NCBI RefSeq assembly: GCF_026168935.1
Contig: NZ_JAPFDK010000007.1
DNA from: Slackia sp.
GTDB lineage: Bacteria > Actinomycetota > Coriobacteriia > Coriobacteriales > Eggerthellaceae
DNA: 64,000 bases
Reading direction: 5' to 3' (one strand)
Below are positions 17,332 to 29,802 of this stretch, piece by piece. The translations under genes and the position numbers were made by a program. The notes beneath the pieces were generated by a model. It searched no databases, was not told where the DNA came from, and worked only from the letters and a program-made list of their open reading frames with translations. Each line of letters starts with the position of its first letter. Within the stretch, counting starts at the first letter, position 1.

Positions 17332-19202
17332 TCACCGCCTGTTTTCTCATGTGCCGATGTCGAATGGCCTGTATATTCCTCAGTCGAACGCACGCCCCCG
17401 ACGGTAAGGTCAATCGCGCCGATGATGTCATTGATGGCGGCACCGGGAGCGACCATGGGATAGACGTTCTGGTCGGCGGAAATGCAGATATCGAGCAGAT
17501 ACGGGCCTTCGGAGGACAGCATGCGATCGAGGGCGGACGAGACTTCATCGGAAGACTCGACGCGCTCTGCCCGCCATCCGTATGCGTCGGCAAGTTTCAC
17601 GAAGTCGGGGTTGGGGTCAAGAATCGTGGCGGAGTATCGCTCGCGATAGAACAGCTTTTGCCACTGATGCACCATGCCGAGTGCGCGGTTGTCCATGAGG
17701 ACCACCTTGACGGGAACGTTGTTGATGGCAGCGGTTGCCATTTCCTGGCTGTTCATTTGGAAGCTGCCGTCGCCCGCCACGCAGACAACTTGCGCATCGG
17801 GGCATCCGATTTTAGCGCCGATAGCGGCGGGGAACCCGAACCCCATGGTTCCAAGCCCGCCGCTCGAGAGGAACGTGCGCGCATGTTCGCGACGAATGCG
17901 CTGGTGCGCCCACATTTGATGCTGGCCCACTTCGGTGGTGACTATCGAGGCGTCGGGGTCGAGCTTTTGGGAGAGCTGATCGAGGACGACTTCGGGGACG
18001 ATCTCGCCGGGGGAATTCTTCGGGTCGTCGTGCGAGAACGGCCATTGTTCGCGCCATTCGCTGCATTGCTCGAACCACGTCGACCCGACGGGTTCGCTCT
18101 GCATTTTTGCGAGCTGTTCGTTTACGCTGGTAAGGACAATCTGGGCGTCGCCGACGATAGGGACTTGCGATTCGCGAACTTTCCCGATTTCCGCCGGGTC
18201 GATGTCGATATGAATCACCTTTGCGTGCGGGGCGAACTCGGAGAGCTTGCCTGTGACGCGGTCGGAAAAGCGCGCTCCCACGCATATGAGTAAATCGCAC
18301 TTGGTCACGGCCATGTTTGCGTATTTTGAGCCGTGCATGCCCACGGGGCCAAGGTTGAGCGGATTGCTTGAAGGAAAGGCGCCTTTGCCAAGAAGAGTGC
18401 ATACGACGGGGATTCTCATCGATTCCGCAAGCTCTTGAAGTTCGGTGCATGCGTGAGACGAAACGATGCCGCCACCGATGTAGAGCAAGGGGCGTTTGGA
18501 CTCTCTGATGAGGCTGCATGCTTGCTTGATCTGCTTGACGTTCCCCTTGTAGGTGGGTCGGTAGCTTGGAAGATTGACGCCGTCGGGGTAGTTAAACACC
18601 ATTTCCGAACCTGCGAGGTCGCTGGGGATGTCGATGAGTACGGGCCCCGGTCGACCGGTCGAGGCTATATAGAACGCCTCTCGGAAGGTTTTGGCCAAAT
18701 CGTCGGTGGATTGCAGCAGGAAGCTATGCTTGACCACGGGCATAGTGATGCCCACGATGTCGGATTCCTGGAACGAATCGGTGCCTATGACGCCGCGTGT
18801 GACCTGTCCGCTAATTACAACCAGAGGAACAGAATCCATGTATGCAGTGGCGATGCCCGTGACGGTATTCGTGGCGCCCGGGCCGCTGGTGACCAGAACG
18901 ACGCCCACTTTGCCGGTTGCGCGCGCGTAGCCGTCTGCCATGTGCGTGGCGCCTTGTTCGTGGCGCGCGAGCACATGGCGGATTTTCTTGCTGTCGTAGA
19001 GGGCGTCGTAAATCTTGATGGCCTGACCGCCCGGATAACCGAAGACGGTATCGATCCCTTCCGCTTCGAGCGAGGCTATAACGGCCTGCGCGCCGGTCAT
19101 GACGGTGCCTTGCTTGTCGGTGTTGCTGCCCGGGCCGAACGGCTCGCCCGCTATGGCGCGCGCTTTGCGGGCAAGCTGGTCGTGCTGTGTTTCCGGTTTC
19201 AT
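17328..19202 (-). CDS. ilvB: Acetolactate synthase large subunit (ThDP-dependent)
   Basis: GYPGGQAIKIYDAL, GGLGTMGFGFPAAIGAK and GDGSFQMN (ThDP motif) are present. The ATG at 19202 has SD aaggggg. An internal Met (MTGAQAV) is an alternative start. Confidence 0.92.
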   Translation of the reverse strand: MKPETQHDQLARKARAIAGEPFGPGSNTDKQGTVMTGAQAVIASLEAEGIDTVFGYPGGQAIKIYDALYDSKKIRHVLARHEQGATHMADGYARATGKVGVVLVTSGPGATNTVTGIATAYMDSVPLVVISGQVTRGVIGTDSFQESDIVGITMPVVKHSFLLQSTDDLAKTFREAFYIASTGRPGPVLIDIPSDLAGSEMVFNYPDGVNLPSYRPTYKGNVKQIKQACSLIRESKRPLLYIGGGIVSSHACTELQELAESMRIPVVCTLLGKGAFPSSNPLNLGPVGMHGSKYANMAVTKCDLLICVGARFSDRVTGKLSEFAPHAKVIHIDIDPAEIGKVRESQVPIVGDAQIVLTSVNEQLAKMQSEPVGSTWFEQCSEWREQWPFSHDDPKNSPGEIVPEVVLDQLSQKLDPDASIVTTEVGQHQMWAHQRIRREHARTFLSSGGLGTMGFGFPAAIGAKIGCPDAQVVCVAGDGSFQMNSQEMATAAINNVPVKVVLMDNRALGMVHQWQKLFYRERYSATILDPNPDFVKLADAYGWRAERVESSDEVSSALDRMLSSEGPYLLDICISADQNVYPMVAPGAAINDIIGAIDLTVGGVRSTEEYTGHSTSAHEKTGGE

Positions 19203-19408
19203 GGAAATGCGCCCCCTTGTCTGCGCGCCTGAGAGATCCCAGGCCGCGTATTGAGGGTTCGCATAGGCCGCTCGCCCGTTTGCCCGGATGGGTTGTCCTG
19301 CTCGCCCTGTCTTGCATTTGTTGAACGATGCAGATTATAGGGCTGTTTTACGGGGGAGGATGCCGCTATCGTGCTTTATTTCGATAGAGTATCAGATTTA
19401 ACGGTTTT

Positions 19409-19481
19409 GATAGCCTCGTTGAGCCAAGGGGGGGGCGAGGCTATCTGGATGAGTCGGGCCGGAGCTTTTTTGGCTCCGGCC
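19409..19481 (-). terminator. Two tandem hairpins downstream of the deacetylase gene
   Basis: The first is GGCCGGAGC / GCTCCGGCC (19457-19481, 7-nt loop), 9 nt after the stop at 19490. The second is GATAGCCTCG / CGAGGCTATC (19409-19445). Neither has a U-tail on the minus strand. Confidence 0.5.
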
Positions 19482-19489
19482 TGATCGGT

Positions 19490-20995
19490 CTATTCTTCTT
19501 TGATGGGGTACTTCATTATCTCGTCTATGGTAACGAAGGAGAATCCTTGTTCCTTGAGATACGGCAGGGCGATGCGCAATGCCTCTACGGTTTGCGAGCG
19601 ATCGCCGCCTCCATCGTGCATGAGGACGATGTCGCCGGGCGTGGCGCTTTTAAGCTGGTCTGCGACGGCGGAGGTTCCGGGGCGCTTCCAGTCGAGCGTG
19701 TCAATGTCCCAGCCGATGTCGGCCACGATGATGTCTTCAAGGTTCTGCCATACTTCAAGAGGAAAGTTTCCGCCTGGCGCGCGCATGACCTTGCTGGCGT
19801 CTTTTCCCGTCGCATCGGCGATGGCCTGCATGCCCCGTACGATTTCGTCGCGCTGCTCATCGCGCGACATGAAGGAAAGATTGACCCCTTGTCCGCTTCC
19901 CGAGGCATGGTCCCAGGAGTGGGTGCATACTTGGTGGCCTTCATCAGACTCTCGTTTAACCAGGTCAACGCCTGGTCCTGCTATGCGTTCGCCGACGGTG
20001 AAAAACGTTGCTTTCGCCCCATTGTCTCTCAGGATGTCAAGGATGGCCGCCGTGTGGTTTTCCCAGGGACCGTCATCGAATGTGAGGGCTACGACTTTTT
20101 CGCCTCCTGTATCGGGGTAGGCACGCTGATAGATGCGGTCTTCGCCTTCTTCCTTCGTTTCGACGATGACCTCTTTGCCTGAGGTTTCTCCAGTCTTGAC
20201 GACGGCAAGACCCTGCGCGCCTTGTGCGGTGATGGCGTGAATGGGGCCGTTGCCCAGTTCTACGGCGTTGGGGCCGATGGTTTTATCTTCCGTCCGGGAA
20301 GGCTCTTCTATATCAGCCCCGTCGAAGAGCGTGAGTACGTCGCCGTCAGCAAGGGCCGCGGAGGGGTCGGTTGCTTCCTGGCCGTTGATGGTTGCCGTAA
20401 ACGGCGTTCCGCCGCCCTGCGTGACAATTTCCCCGGTTATATCGACGAGGTTTCCCGGCGTTATGGAGGTTCCGTTTTCGTCGAGAACCGCCTGCAAGGT
20501 GCGCTCTCCCTTGATCTCCAAAGCGGAGCCATTGACGGATACGGTGATGGGCATCATGCGCTTGAATGCGGAAAAGCCGAAAACGCCGACGGCGACAAGG
20601 GCCGTTGCTCCCGCAGCTATAAAAAGGCGCCTCGAAATGCGCGGATTGAGAAACGGTCGCTCGTCCCAGAGGGGCTGATATCCCTGGGAAGGCGTGTTGG
20701 GGGCATGCTTCTTGTCTTCTGGTTGCCCGAACCGTTGTGCTGGCGTTTGTTCCGCTGCATGGTTGTGGGCCGTGATATTCACGTCGAATTCGTGTTCGGG
20801 GGATTTCGGTGCAGGGGTTGCTTTTCGGGGCTGCGATCCGCGAACGCGGCGACTCTGAGATACGGAAGGCCGGCCATGTCGGCTGCCCGTTTGCGCGGTA
20901 TTCGATTCCTGGCGATGGGTGGGGTGCGGTTTCGCCCCGTGCTCAGTGCTCATGGATGCCTTTCGTGTACGTTTTTCGGTAGGTTTCGACATCAT
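19490..20995 (-). CDS. Polysaccharide (peptidoglycan) deacetylase, NodB-domain, membrane-anchored
   Basis: 501 aa. A basic disordered N-terminus is followed by 1 TM, a beta-rich linker domain and a C-terminal NodB domain (VALTFDDGPWENHTAAILDIL, HSWDH). Confidence 0.85.
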   Translation of the reverse strand: MMSKPTEKRTRKASMSTEHGAKPHPTHRQESNTAQTGSRHGRPSVSQSRRVRGSQPRKATPAPKSPEHEFDVNITAHNHAAEQTPAQRFGQPEDKKHAPNTPSQGYQPLWDERPFLNPRISRRLFIAAGATALVAVGVFGFSAFKRMMPITVSVNGSALEIKGERTLQAVLDENGTSITPGNLVDITGEIVTQGGGTPFTATINGQEATDPSAALADGDVLTLFDGADIEEPSRTEDKTIGPNAVELGNGPIHAITAQGAQGLAVVKTGETSGKEVIVETKEEGEDRIYQRAYPDTGGEKVVALTFDDGPWENHTAAILDILRDNGAKATFFTVGERIAGPGVDLVKRESDEGHQVCTHSWDHASGSGQGVNLSFMSRDEQRDEIVRGMQAIADATGKDASKVMRAPGGNFPLEVWQNLEDIIVADIGWDIDTLDWKRPGTSAVADQLKSATPGDIVLMHDGGGDRSQTVEALRIALPYLKEQGFSFVTIDEIMKYPIKEE

Positions 20996-21220
20996 GCTTA
21001 TACGTACAACCAGTCTATCGCATAGCGCGAAACCTGAAAGGCGTTTTAAGAAAACGTCAACTCCTTCACGGCTTTATCATCTATTGCCATTCAATGCGTA
21101 TCATTTTTTTGGCAATGGCATTGGACAGGCATCATCCAAAACGTACGAAATATGGGCATTTTCCCCAAAAAGCCTGTCGACTTCGTTGCAAAGCGCTCAT
21201 CACAGGGCATAATGCTTTTC

Positions 21221-22501
21221 ATGAGAAAACGAAAGAATACTTCCAATCAAGAGAATACGCCGGCTTTCGTGCCGCAGAGCACGGCCCTGTCGCACGGTCG
21301 AAGCTCGCGCGGCGCCGCGAATCTTCCGATGTATTCAGCCAATGCATACGCGCGAGATGCGTACGCATCGAAGAAACCCAAGAAGCATCGGGCCGCGCTT
21401 ATCGTTTGCGTCGTGCTTTTGGTCTTTGCCCTGATTGCCGGCGGAGTAGCGTTCGGCGGCGTTTTGTATATGAACTCCATCTCCGATAAGCTTCATAAAA
21501 ACGTGAGCCAAGAGCTCACGAATGCTCTCTCGTCGGAGGAGGCCGCGCCCGGCGAGCCTTTCTACATGCTTATTCTCGGAGTCGACCGTTCTGAAGAGCG
21601 CGAGCAGAGCGGAGAGTTCGGCGATACCTACCGAAGCGACTCCATGATCCTGACTCGCGTTGACCCTCAGCAGAAAACGGTTACCCTTGTTTCCATCGAG
21701 CGCGATACATATGTGAACATTGACGGATACGGCCCTAACAAGATCAACGCGTCTGCCGCATTGGGAGGGTCTCCTCTCGTTGTCGATACCATTTCCGATT
21801 TCGCAGGAGTGCCCATTTCCCATTACGTGGAGATAGATTTCGATGGATTCAAGGCCGCGGTCGATGCTCTCGGCGGTATCGAAGTGGATGTTCCTATCAC
21901 CATTGACGACGAGATGGCGGGAGGCCGCGTCGAGGCCGGAGAGCAGACGCTCAACGGCGACCAGGCCCTTATTTTGTGTCGCAGCCGCCACGCGTATGAC
22001 GAATACGGCAGCGGCGATTACTATCGCATGGCAAACCAGCGCATGGTCATGGGAGCCATTGCCAAGAAGGTTCTTGCTTCAGACGTCGTCACCATGGCGA
22101 ACACCATCAATGCCATGGCCGATTACATCACGACCGACATGGATGTGCAGTCCATTGTCTCGGTCGCGACGGAAATGCATGGCATGGACGTCGAAAAGGA
22201 CATGTATTCAGCGATGAACCCCACTATTCCGACGTATGTGAACGATGTGTGGTACGAGTACTGCGATCTTGCTGCATGGCAGGAAATGATGGGTCGCGTC
22301 GATGCGGGCCTGCCGCCTTATGCCGACGAAGAGCGCAATGCCAACACGGGCGGAACGCTTGACGGCAAAGTTACGGGGGTGCAAGAGCTGGAGACGGATG
22401 TTTCCGCCACCGGATCGAGTGCTGCCGAGTCGAGCGCCGCGGGAAGCGTCGATGCGTACGGCAGCTCCGGCTATGCGTACGGCACCGGGAGCTTATACTG
22501 A
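21221..22501 (+). CDS. LCP-family (LytR-CpsA-Psr) glycopolymer transferase
   Basis: FYMLILGVDRSEEREQSGEFGDTYRSDSMILTRVDP plus the conserved LCP core, with a single N-terminal TM. The start is uncertain (ATGs at 21152, 21212 and 21221, none with a clear SD). Confidence 0.8.
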   Translation: MRKRKNTSNQENTPAFVPQSTALSHGRSSRGAANLPMYSANAYARDAYASKKPKKHRAALIVCVVLLVFALIAGGVAFGGVLYMNSISDKLHKNVSQELTNALSSEEAAPGEPFYMLILGVDRSEEREQSGEFGDTYRSDSMILTRVDPQQKTVTLVSIERDTYVNIDGYGPNKINASAALGGSPLVVDTISDFAGVPISHYVEIDFDGFKAAVDALGGIEVDVPITIDDEMAGGRVEAGEQTLNGDQALILCRSRHAYDEYGSGDYYRMANQRMVMGAIAKKVLASDVVTMANTINAMADYITTDMDVQSIVSVATEMHGMDVEKDMYSAMNPTIPTYVNDVWYEYCDLAAWQEMMGRVDAGLPPYADEERNANTGGTLDGKVTGVQELETDVSATGSSAAESSAAGSVDAYGSSGYAYGTGSLY

Positions 22502-22665
22502 TTGTCTTGACAATATCTTGTGGGCTTTCTTTCGGAATAGACAATATCATGTACTTAAAAGGCGGCTTTATGTCGCCTTTTCTGCGTAATCCCATGTGAA
22601 GCGCGTTTTTTATCATGTAGATTCATCAGTTTAAGGGTGTATTTTTTTATTTTTAGGATGGCGCT

Positions 22666-22690
22666 GGGATACGATGCGCATATGCGTATA
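22666..22690 (+). terminator. Hairpin terminator after LCP gene 1
   Basis: AAAAGGCG / CGCCTTTT stem with a 9-nt loop, ending in a T-run. Confidence 0.5.
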
Positions 22691-22833
22691 CGTATGTGCG
22701 CATGAATCGATTAGGCGAGGCGTACTCTGATACGTTTGTTGCAGCGCCGCGAACGGTATTGCGGCTGCGTGCTTTCGTACATGTGCGTCGCTGCGTGATT
22801 GAGGAAGAATCGAACAGCTAGGAGATTACCCCC

Positions 22834-24378
22834 ATGGCACGAAGGCCCAGTTCTCACGATTCGTTCCCCGCGAATGAACCGTCGCGCCGCTCTCGTACCG
22901 GCCGCCAGGGCGATGCGGACCTCTCACGGGGACCGCGCGACGTCTCGTCTTATTCTCGAAGCGCCTACACCAGAGGCTCTCATGCGCGACGCGAATCCAC
23001 GACAGATTCTGCGTATTCGCGTCGCGCCGCTCGCGACGAATATGCTCGCACGCGTGCGAAAAAGAGCCGGAGGAAGAAGGTCCTCATCGGCGTCGTGTCT
23101 GTTCTTGCGGCGCTCGTCATCGGCGGAGGTGCTGCAGCCCTTGCCTATGTGGGCATATTGAACGGCAAGCTTACGGGCGATATCGGTGACGACTTGGCTT
23201 CTGTCTTGGATAGCAGCAAAGCGGCGAGCGACCCGTTCTATATTCTTCTCATGGGCGTCGATCGCTCGCAGGAACGAGAGGGAAGCGCCGAGTATGGGGA
23301 TTCCTTCCGAAGCGACTCCATGATTCTTGCGCGCGTCGATCCTCAGGAAAAGAAAATGACGCTTATCTCCATCGTGCGCGATACATACGTGAACATCGAT
23401 GGGTATGGGGAAAATAAAATCAACGCCGCCCATGCGCTTGGCGGTCCTGCATTGACGGTGAAGACCGTCTCCGAATTCGCGGGAGTTCCCATCTCGCATT
23501 ATGCGGAAATAGACTTTGATGGATTCAAGGCCGCGGTCGATGCGCTTGGGGGCATCGATGTGGATGTTCCCATGGAGATCGACGACGAGGATGCTGGTGG
23601 CTATGTTGCTGCGGGCCCCCAGACCTTGAGCGGCGACGAGGCGCTTATCCTCTGTCGAGCTCGTCATGCCTATGACGAAATAGGAGCCGGCGATTTCTAT
23701 CGTGCGGCGAACCAGCGCATGGTCATGGGTGCGGTGGCAAAAAAGTTGCTCGAATCCGATCCGGCCACCATCGCCACGACGGTCGCGTCGCTTTGCGATT
23801 ATATCGACACCGATATGAACGTGACCGACATCGTAAACACGGCTGTCGCTATGAAGGGCATGGACACATCGACCGATATCTACTCAACTATGAATCCCAC
23901 GATTTCTTCTTACGAAAATGGCGTGTGGTACGAATACAGCAACAACGAAGCGTGGTCTGCCATGATGAAGCGCGTCGATGCGGGAGAGTCGCCTACGGTG
24001 GACGCTTCCGACTCGGTCAATAACGGAGGTGTGACCGACGGCTCTATTGACCCCGAGGTTATCGCCCAGAACGTTTTGAGCGGTGACGGGTCGTCCAATA
24101 CCGTCACAGGTTCTATTGTCGTTCGTAACGGAAGTGGTGTTAGCGGCGTTGCGGCGGACGCATCGAGTGTTCTCACGAACCGCGGCTATGATGTCTCGTC
24201 CGTCGGTGACGCCGATTCCTACGACTATACGAGCACAATCGTCGTGTATGACGATTCGGCGAATGCCTCTTCCGCGCGCACCATCGCCGAAAGCCTCGGT
24301 GCAGGGTCGGCCGTTCAGAACGACGGCACGTACCTGTTCGATGGGGATTACCTCGTTATCATCGGCTCGGACTATTAA
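22834..24378 (+). CDS. LCP-family protein with C-terminal LytR_C-like domain (paralog of 21221..22501)
   Basis: FYILLMGVDRSQEREGSAEYGDSFRSDSMILARVDP is present, and the protein aligns with the upstream paralog over the whole catalytic core. The extra C-terminal domain is IVVRNGSGVSGVAADASSVL...VIIGSDY. SD is aggag. Confidence 0.88.
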   Translation: MARRPSSHDSFPANEPSRRSRTGRQGDADLSRGPRDVSSYSRSAYTRGSHARRESTTDSAYSRRAARDEYARTRAKKSRRKKVLIGVVSVLAALVIGGGAAALAYVGILNGKLTGDIGDDLASVLDSSKAASDPFYILLMGVDRSQEREGSAEYGDSFRSDSMILARVDPQEKKMTLISIVRDTYVNIDGYGENKINAAHALGGPALTVKTVSEFAGVPISHYAEIDFDGFKAAVDALGGIDVDVPMEIDDEDAGGYVAAGPQTLSGDEALILCRARHAYDEIGAGDFYRAANQRMVMGAVAKKLLESDPATIATTVASLCDYIDTDMNVTDIVNTAVAMKGMDTSTDIYSTMNPTISSYENGVWYEYSNNEAWSAMMKRVDAGESPTVDASDSVNNGGVTDGSIDPEVIAQNVLSGDGSSNTVTGSIVVRNGSGVSGVAADASSVLTNRGYDVSSVGDADSYDYTSTIVVYDDSANASSARTIAESLGAGSAVQNDGTYLFDGDYLVIIGSDY

Positions 24379-24501
24379 AAGATAAGTCGGACGCTTCGTC
24401 GATTGCCCGTCAAGCGCCCGACGCCTCTCCGACGGAACTTCCCGATTCTAATCGTTAGGGTTTTGCAAGCTTTCCGTTATGTTCGCGTTGTCGTTTCAAA
24501 A

Positions 24502-24538
24502 GCGGCCTGCGGCTATAATCGCCACAGGCCGCTTTTTT
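24502..24538 (+). terminator. Rho-independent terminator
   Basis: GCGGCCTG / CAGGCCGC stem followed by TTTTTT. Confidence 0.8.
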
Positions 24539-24557
24539 AGAGCGAAAAGAGGAAGAA

Positions 24558-25106
24558 ATGACTGACCAAAACACCACCACCCCTTCGGCGTCGCAGAAGC
24601 AAAGCGAACCTCCGGTCGAGCGGGTTCCCACGCCGGCTGCCGACACCTTCCAGGGCAGCACCCCTCAGGTTCCGAACGCAGGCGCCGCGCCGCAGGCAGC
24701 GCCCTTCTCTCCGACGGGCGGCGCGTCGCCGCAAGCCGCTCCCATTCCCCCTGTTGGTACCGTGCCTCCTCAATCCGCATTTGTCCCCCCGACGGCAGGA
24801 GTGCCCCCTCAGCCTGGATGTGCCCCTGGCCCCCAGAATGTTCCAGGGCTTCCTCTCGTCCATTTGACGGGAGGCATGAAGTTCGGATGGGCCGTCGTAG
24901 GATTTCTCATGGGGCCGGTCGCCATCCTGCTCGCTTGGCTTACGAACGCCCATAATTTTCCGGAGGCGAAAAAGGATGCGATCAAGTTCTCCTTGTTCGG
25001 CTTCCTGGCGCAGTTCCTTATCTGGTTTGTGCTCATTGCGCTCTTCGGATGCGCCACATGCGCTGCGGTGACATCTGCGGCTGCTTCGTATCCGTACTAC
25101 TATTAA
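24558..25106 (+). CDS. Pro-rich small membrane protein, unknown function
   Basis: 182 aa with SD agaggaag. The N-terminal 95 aa are a Pro/Ala/Gln-rich low-complexity region, followed by 2-3 TM helices. It is flanked by terminators on both sides. Confidence 0.6.
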   Translation: MTDQNTTTPSASQKQSEPPVERVPTPAADTFQGSTPQVPNAGAAPQAAPFSPTGGASPQAAPIPPVGTVPPQSAFVPPTAGVPPQPGCAPGPQNVPGLPLVHLTGGMKFGWAVVGFLMGPVAILLAWLTNAHNFPEAKKDAIKFSLFGFLAQFLIWFVLIALFGCATCAAVTSAAASYPYYY

Positions 25107-25125
25107 TCGATAGAGAGCGACAAAA

Positions 25126-25151
25126 GGCCGGGGTTCAAGCCCCGGCCTTTT
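25126..25151 (+). terminator. Rho-independent terminator
   Basis: GGCCGGGG / CCCCGGCC stem with a 6-nt loop, an A-run before and TTTT after. Confidence 0.8.
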
Positions 25152-25357
25152 CTGTGCGCAAGGGGTTTCCGCTCCTTTCGCTATGGGGTATCGGCCTTCC
25201 GCATGGGCGAAGGGGCGGCGAAGGGCACGATGCGAAAGGGCCACGGGGCTTCCATTGACATATCGTGTTTTCTGCTCGGTGTTTCCGTATCGTTGAATCT
25301 CATTTCGTGCAGAGTGATAAACTTCCAAGCTGATATCTAAAGTATGAGAGGGCTTGC

Positions 25358-25974
25358 ATGGACGCGGATTCGCATGCTTCGAAGCGGCGGCAGAACGGTC
25401 GTTACTGCGAAGGGGATATAGAGAAGATATTGTTCGATCGCGAGACGATCGAGCGTCGTGTGCGCGAAATGGGCCGTCAGATTACGGTAGATTACCGAGA
25501 ATGCGGGCAATGCGAAGGCGGCAAGGAAGCCCCTCGGCTTCTTATTGTGAGCGTTCTTCGCGGAGCCGCCATTTTCATGGGGGACCTTGTTCGCGAAATA
25601 GATCTACCGCTCGAGATGGACTACATGGCCGTTTCTTCCTACGGCGCATCCGTTAAAAGCTCTGGGGTCGTACGCATCCTGAAAGACATTTCATCGCAGA
25701 TCGAAGGAAGACACGTGCTTGTTGTTGAAGACGTGCTCGACTCGGGTCTGACGTTGAAGTATCTTCTTCATGTCCTGGAATCGCGCAATCCCGCATCCAT
25801 CCAGGTTGCGACTCTACTACGCAAGGACAATCCGCGGCAGGCGGACGTTAAGTGCGCCTATGTCGGCTTTGACTGCTCGGACGACTTCATCGTCGGCTAT
25901 GGCCTCGATTACGCAGAGCACTACCGAAACCTGCCTTATATCGGCATTCTGAAACCCGAGATATATCAAGGAAG

Positions 25975-25978
<4 letters not shown>
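25358..25978 (+). CDS. hpt: Hypoxanthine phosphoribosyltransferase
   Basis: The PRPP-binding motif VLVVEDVLDSGLTLKYL and LLIVSVLRGAAIFMGDL are present. It overlaps the ftsH start by 4 nt (ATGA), which is the classic hpt-ftsH pair. Confidence 0.9.
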
Positions 25979-28476
<2,498 letters not shown>

Positions 28477-28494
28477 AGGAAGGACCGCAGCTTA

Positions 28495-29802
28495 ATGATG
28501 TGGCAATGCTCTTCATACAGCTTTGACTCCAGGATGCCCATTGTCATGGGCATCCTTAACGTCACTCCCGATTCGTTTTCTGACGGAGGACGGCATAATG
28601 ACTTCGATTCCGCCTTGGCGCATGCTTGCGCGATGCTCGAAGCGGGTGCCAAGATTATCGATGTAGGCGGGGAATCCACCCGTCCGGGCTCTGCTGCCGT
28701 ATCCGTGGAAGAAGAACTTTCGCGCACTGTTGATGTTGTACGCGCTTTGGCAGAAGAGGGCGTATGCGTCAGCATCGATACGCGCCATGCCGAAGTCGCA
28801 CGCGCCTGCGTGGAGGCCGGTGCCTCCATCATCAACGACGTTTCGGGGTTTCGCGATCCCGCTATGGTCGAGGTGGCTGCATCATGCGATGCGGGCTGCG
28901 TGATTATGCATATGAAGGGCGAGCCTGCGACCATGCAGGAGAACCCGACGTATGATGATGTAGTGGCGGAAGTGAAAGAATATCTTGCCGTCCAGGCAGC
29001 CATGCTTGAAGCGGCCGGCGTTTCTCGCGGGCGCATATGCCTCGATCCGGGCCCCGGCTTCGGCAAGACGCCCTCGCAGACTCTCGAGCTTATGCGCAAT
29101 TTCCACGAGTTCTCTCGTCTGGGGTATCCCACCATGTGCGCCGTATCGCGCAAGCGCTATATCGGAGAGGCGTACGGAATCGCTGATGCCGGCGATCGCG
29201 ATATCGCCTCTGCCGCCGAAGCTCTTATGGCGTGCGAGCTGGGCGCATCGGTGGTGCGTGCCCACAATGTTGAGGAGACGATGAAATCGCTTGCCGACCT
29301 GAGGCCTTACGCCCTGATCGCGCTCGGTTCGAATGTCGCGCTTGTTGCGAATCCGGGCGAAGAGACGGAAGGCAAGATAGCCAATCTCCAGCAGGCCATC
29401 ACGGGGCTATGCTCCATTCCCGATACGCAGATCATAGACATATCGAGCTTTTACGAAAGCGAGCCCGCATACTACGAAGACCAGGACACCTTCGTCAACG
29501 CCATGGTGCTTGTGCGCACGGGCGTTCCGCCGAAAGAGCTCCTGCAATACTTGCACGCTATCGAAAACAGCCTTGGTCGTGTGCGGGAGATTCCTAACGG
29601 GCCCCGCACGCTCGATCTCGATATCGTTGACTACCAAATGTATGTGGTCGACAAGGAGGAGCTCACGCTGCCGCATCCACGTGTCATGGAGCGCGATTTC
29701 GTGGTGAAGCCGCTGCTCGAGCTTTTGCCGGGACACGTGCTTGCCGATGGCACAGAGGTTGTTTTGGGCGACGTTCTCTATGGTGAGGCCCATGCAATTT
29801 AG
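28495..29802 (+). CDS. folP: Bifunctional dihydropteroate synthase / HPPK (FolP-FolK fusion)
   Basis: The N-terminal half is DHPS (IVMGILNVTPDSFSDGG, IIDVGGESTRPG). The C-terminal 160 aa are HPPK (ALIALGSNV..., LDLDIVDY, LTLPHPRVMERDFVVKPL). Confidence 0.9.
   Translation: MMWQCSSYSFDSRMPIVMGILNVTPDSFSDGGRHNDFDSALAHACAMLEAGAKIIDVGGESTRPGSAAVSVEEELSRTVDVVRALAEEGVCVSIDTRHAEVARACVEAGASIINDVSGFRDPAMVEVAASCDAGCVIMHMKGEPATMQENPTYDDVVAEVKEYLAVQAAMLEAAGVSRGRICLDPGPGFGKTPSQTLELMRNFHEFSRLGYPTMCAVSRKRYIGEAYGIADAGDRDIASAAEALMACELGASVVRAHNVEETMKSLADLRPYALIALGSNVALVANPGEETEGKIANLQQAITGLCSIPDTQIIDISSFYESEPAYYEDQDTFVNAMVLVRTGVPPKELLQYLHAIENSLGRVREIPNGPRTLDLDIVDYQMYVVDKEELTLPHPRVMERDFVVKPLLELLPGHVLADGTEVVLGDVLYGEAHAI

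Noticed and set aside
19203-19408. ilvB leader-peptide attenuator or T-box.
   Set aside because: The only upstream reading frame (MQDRASRTTHPGK...) has no Ile/Val/Leu run and continues into an antisense ORF. No T-box core sequence was seen. A TATAAT on the minus strand at about 19336-19341 is probably just the promoter.
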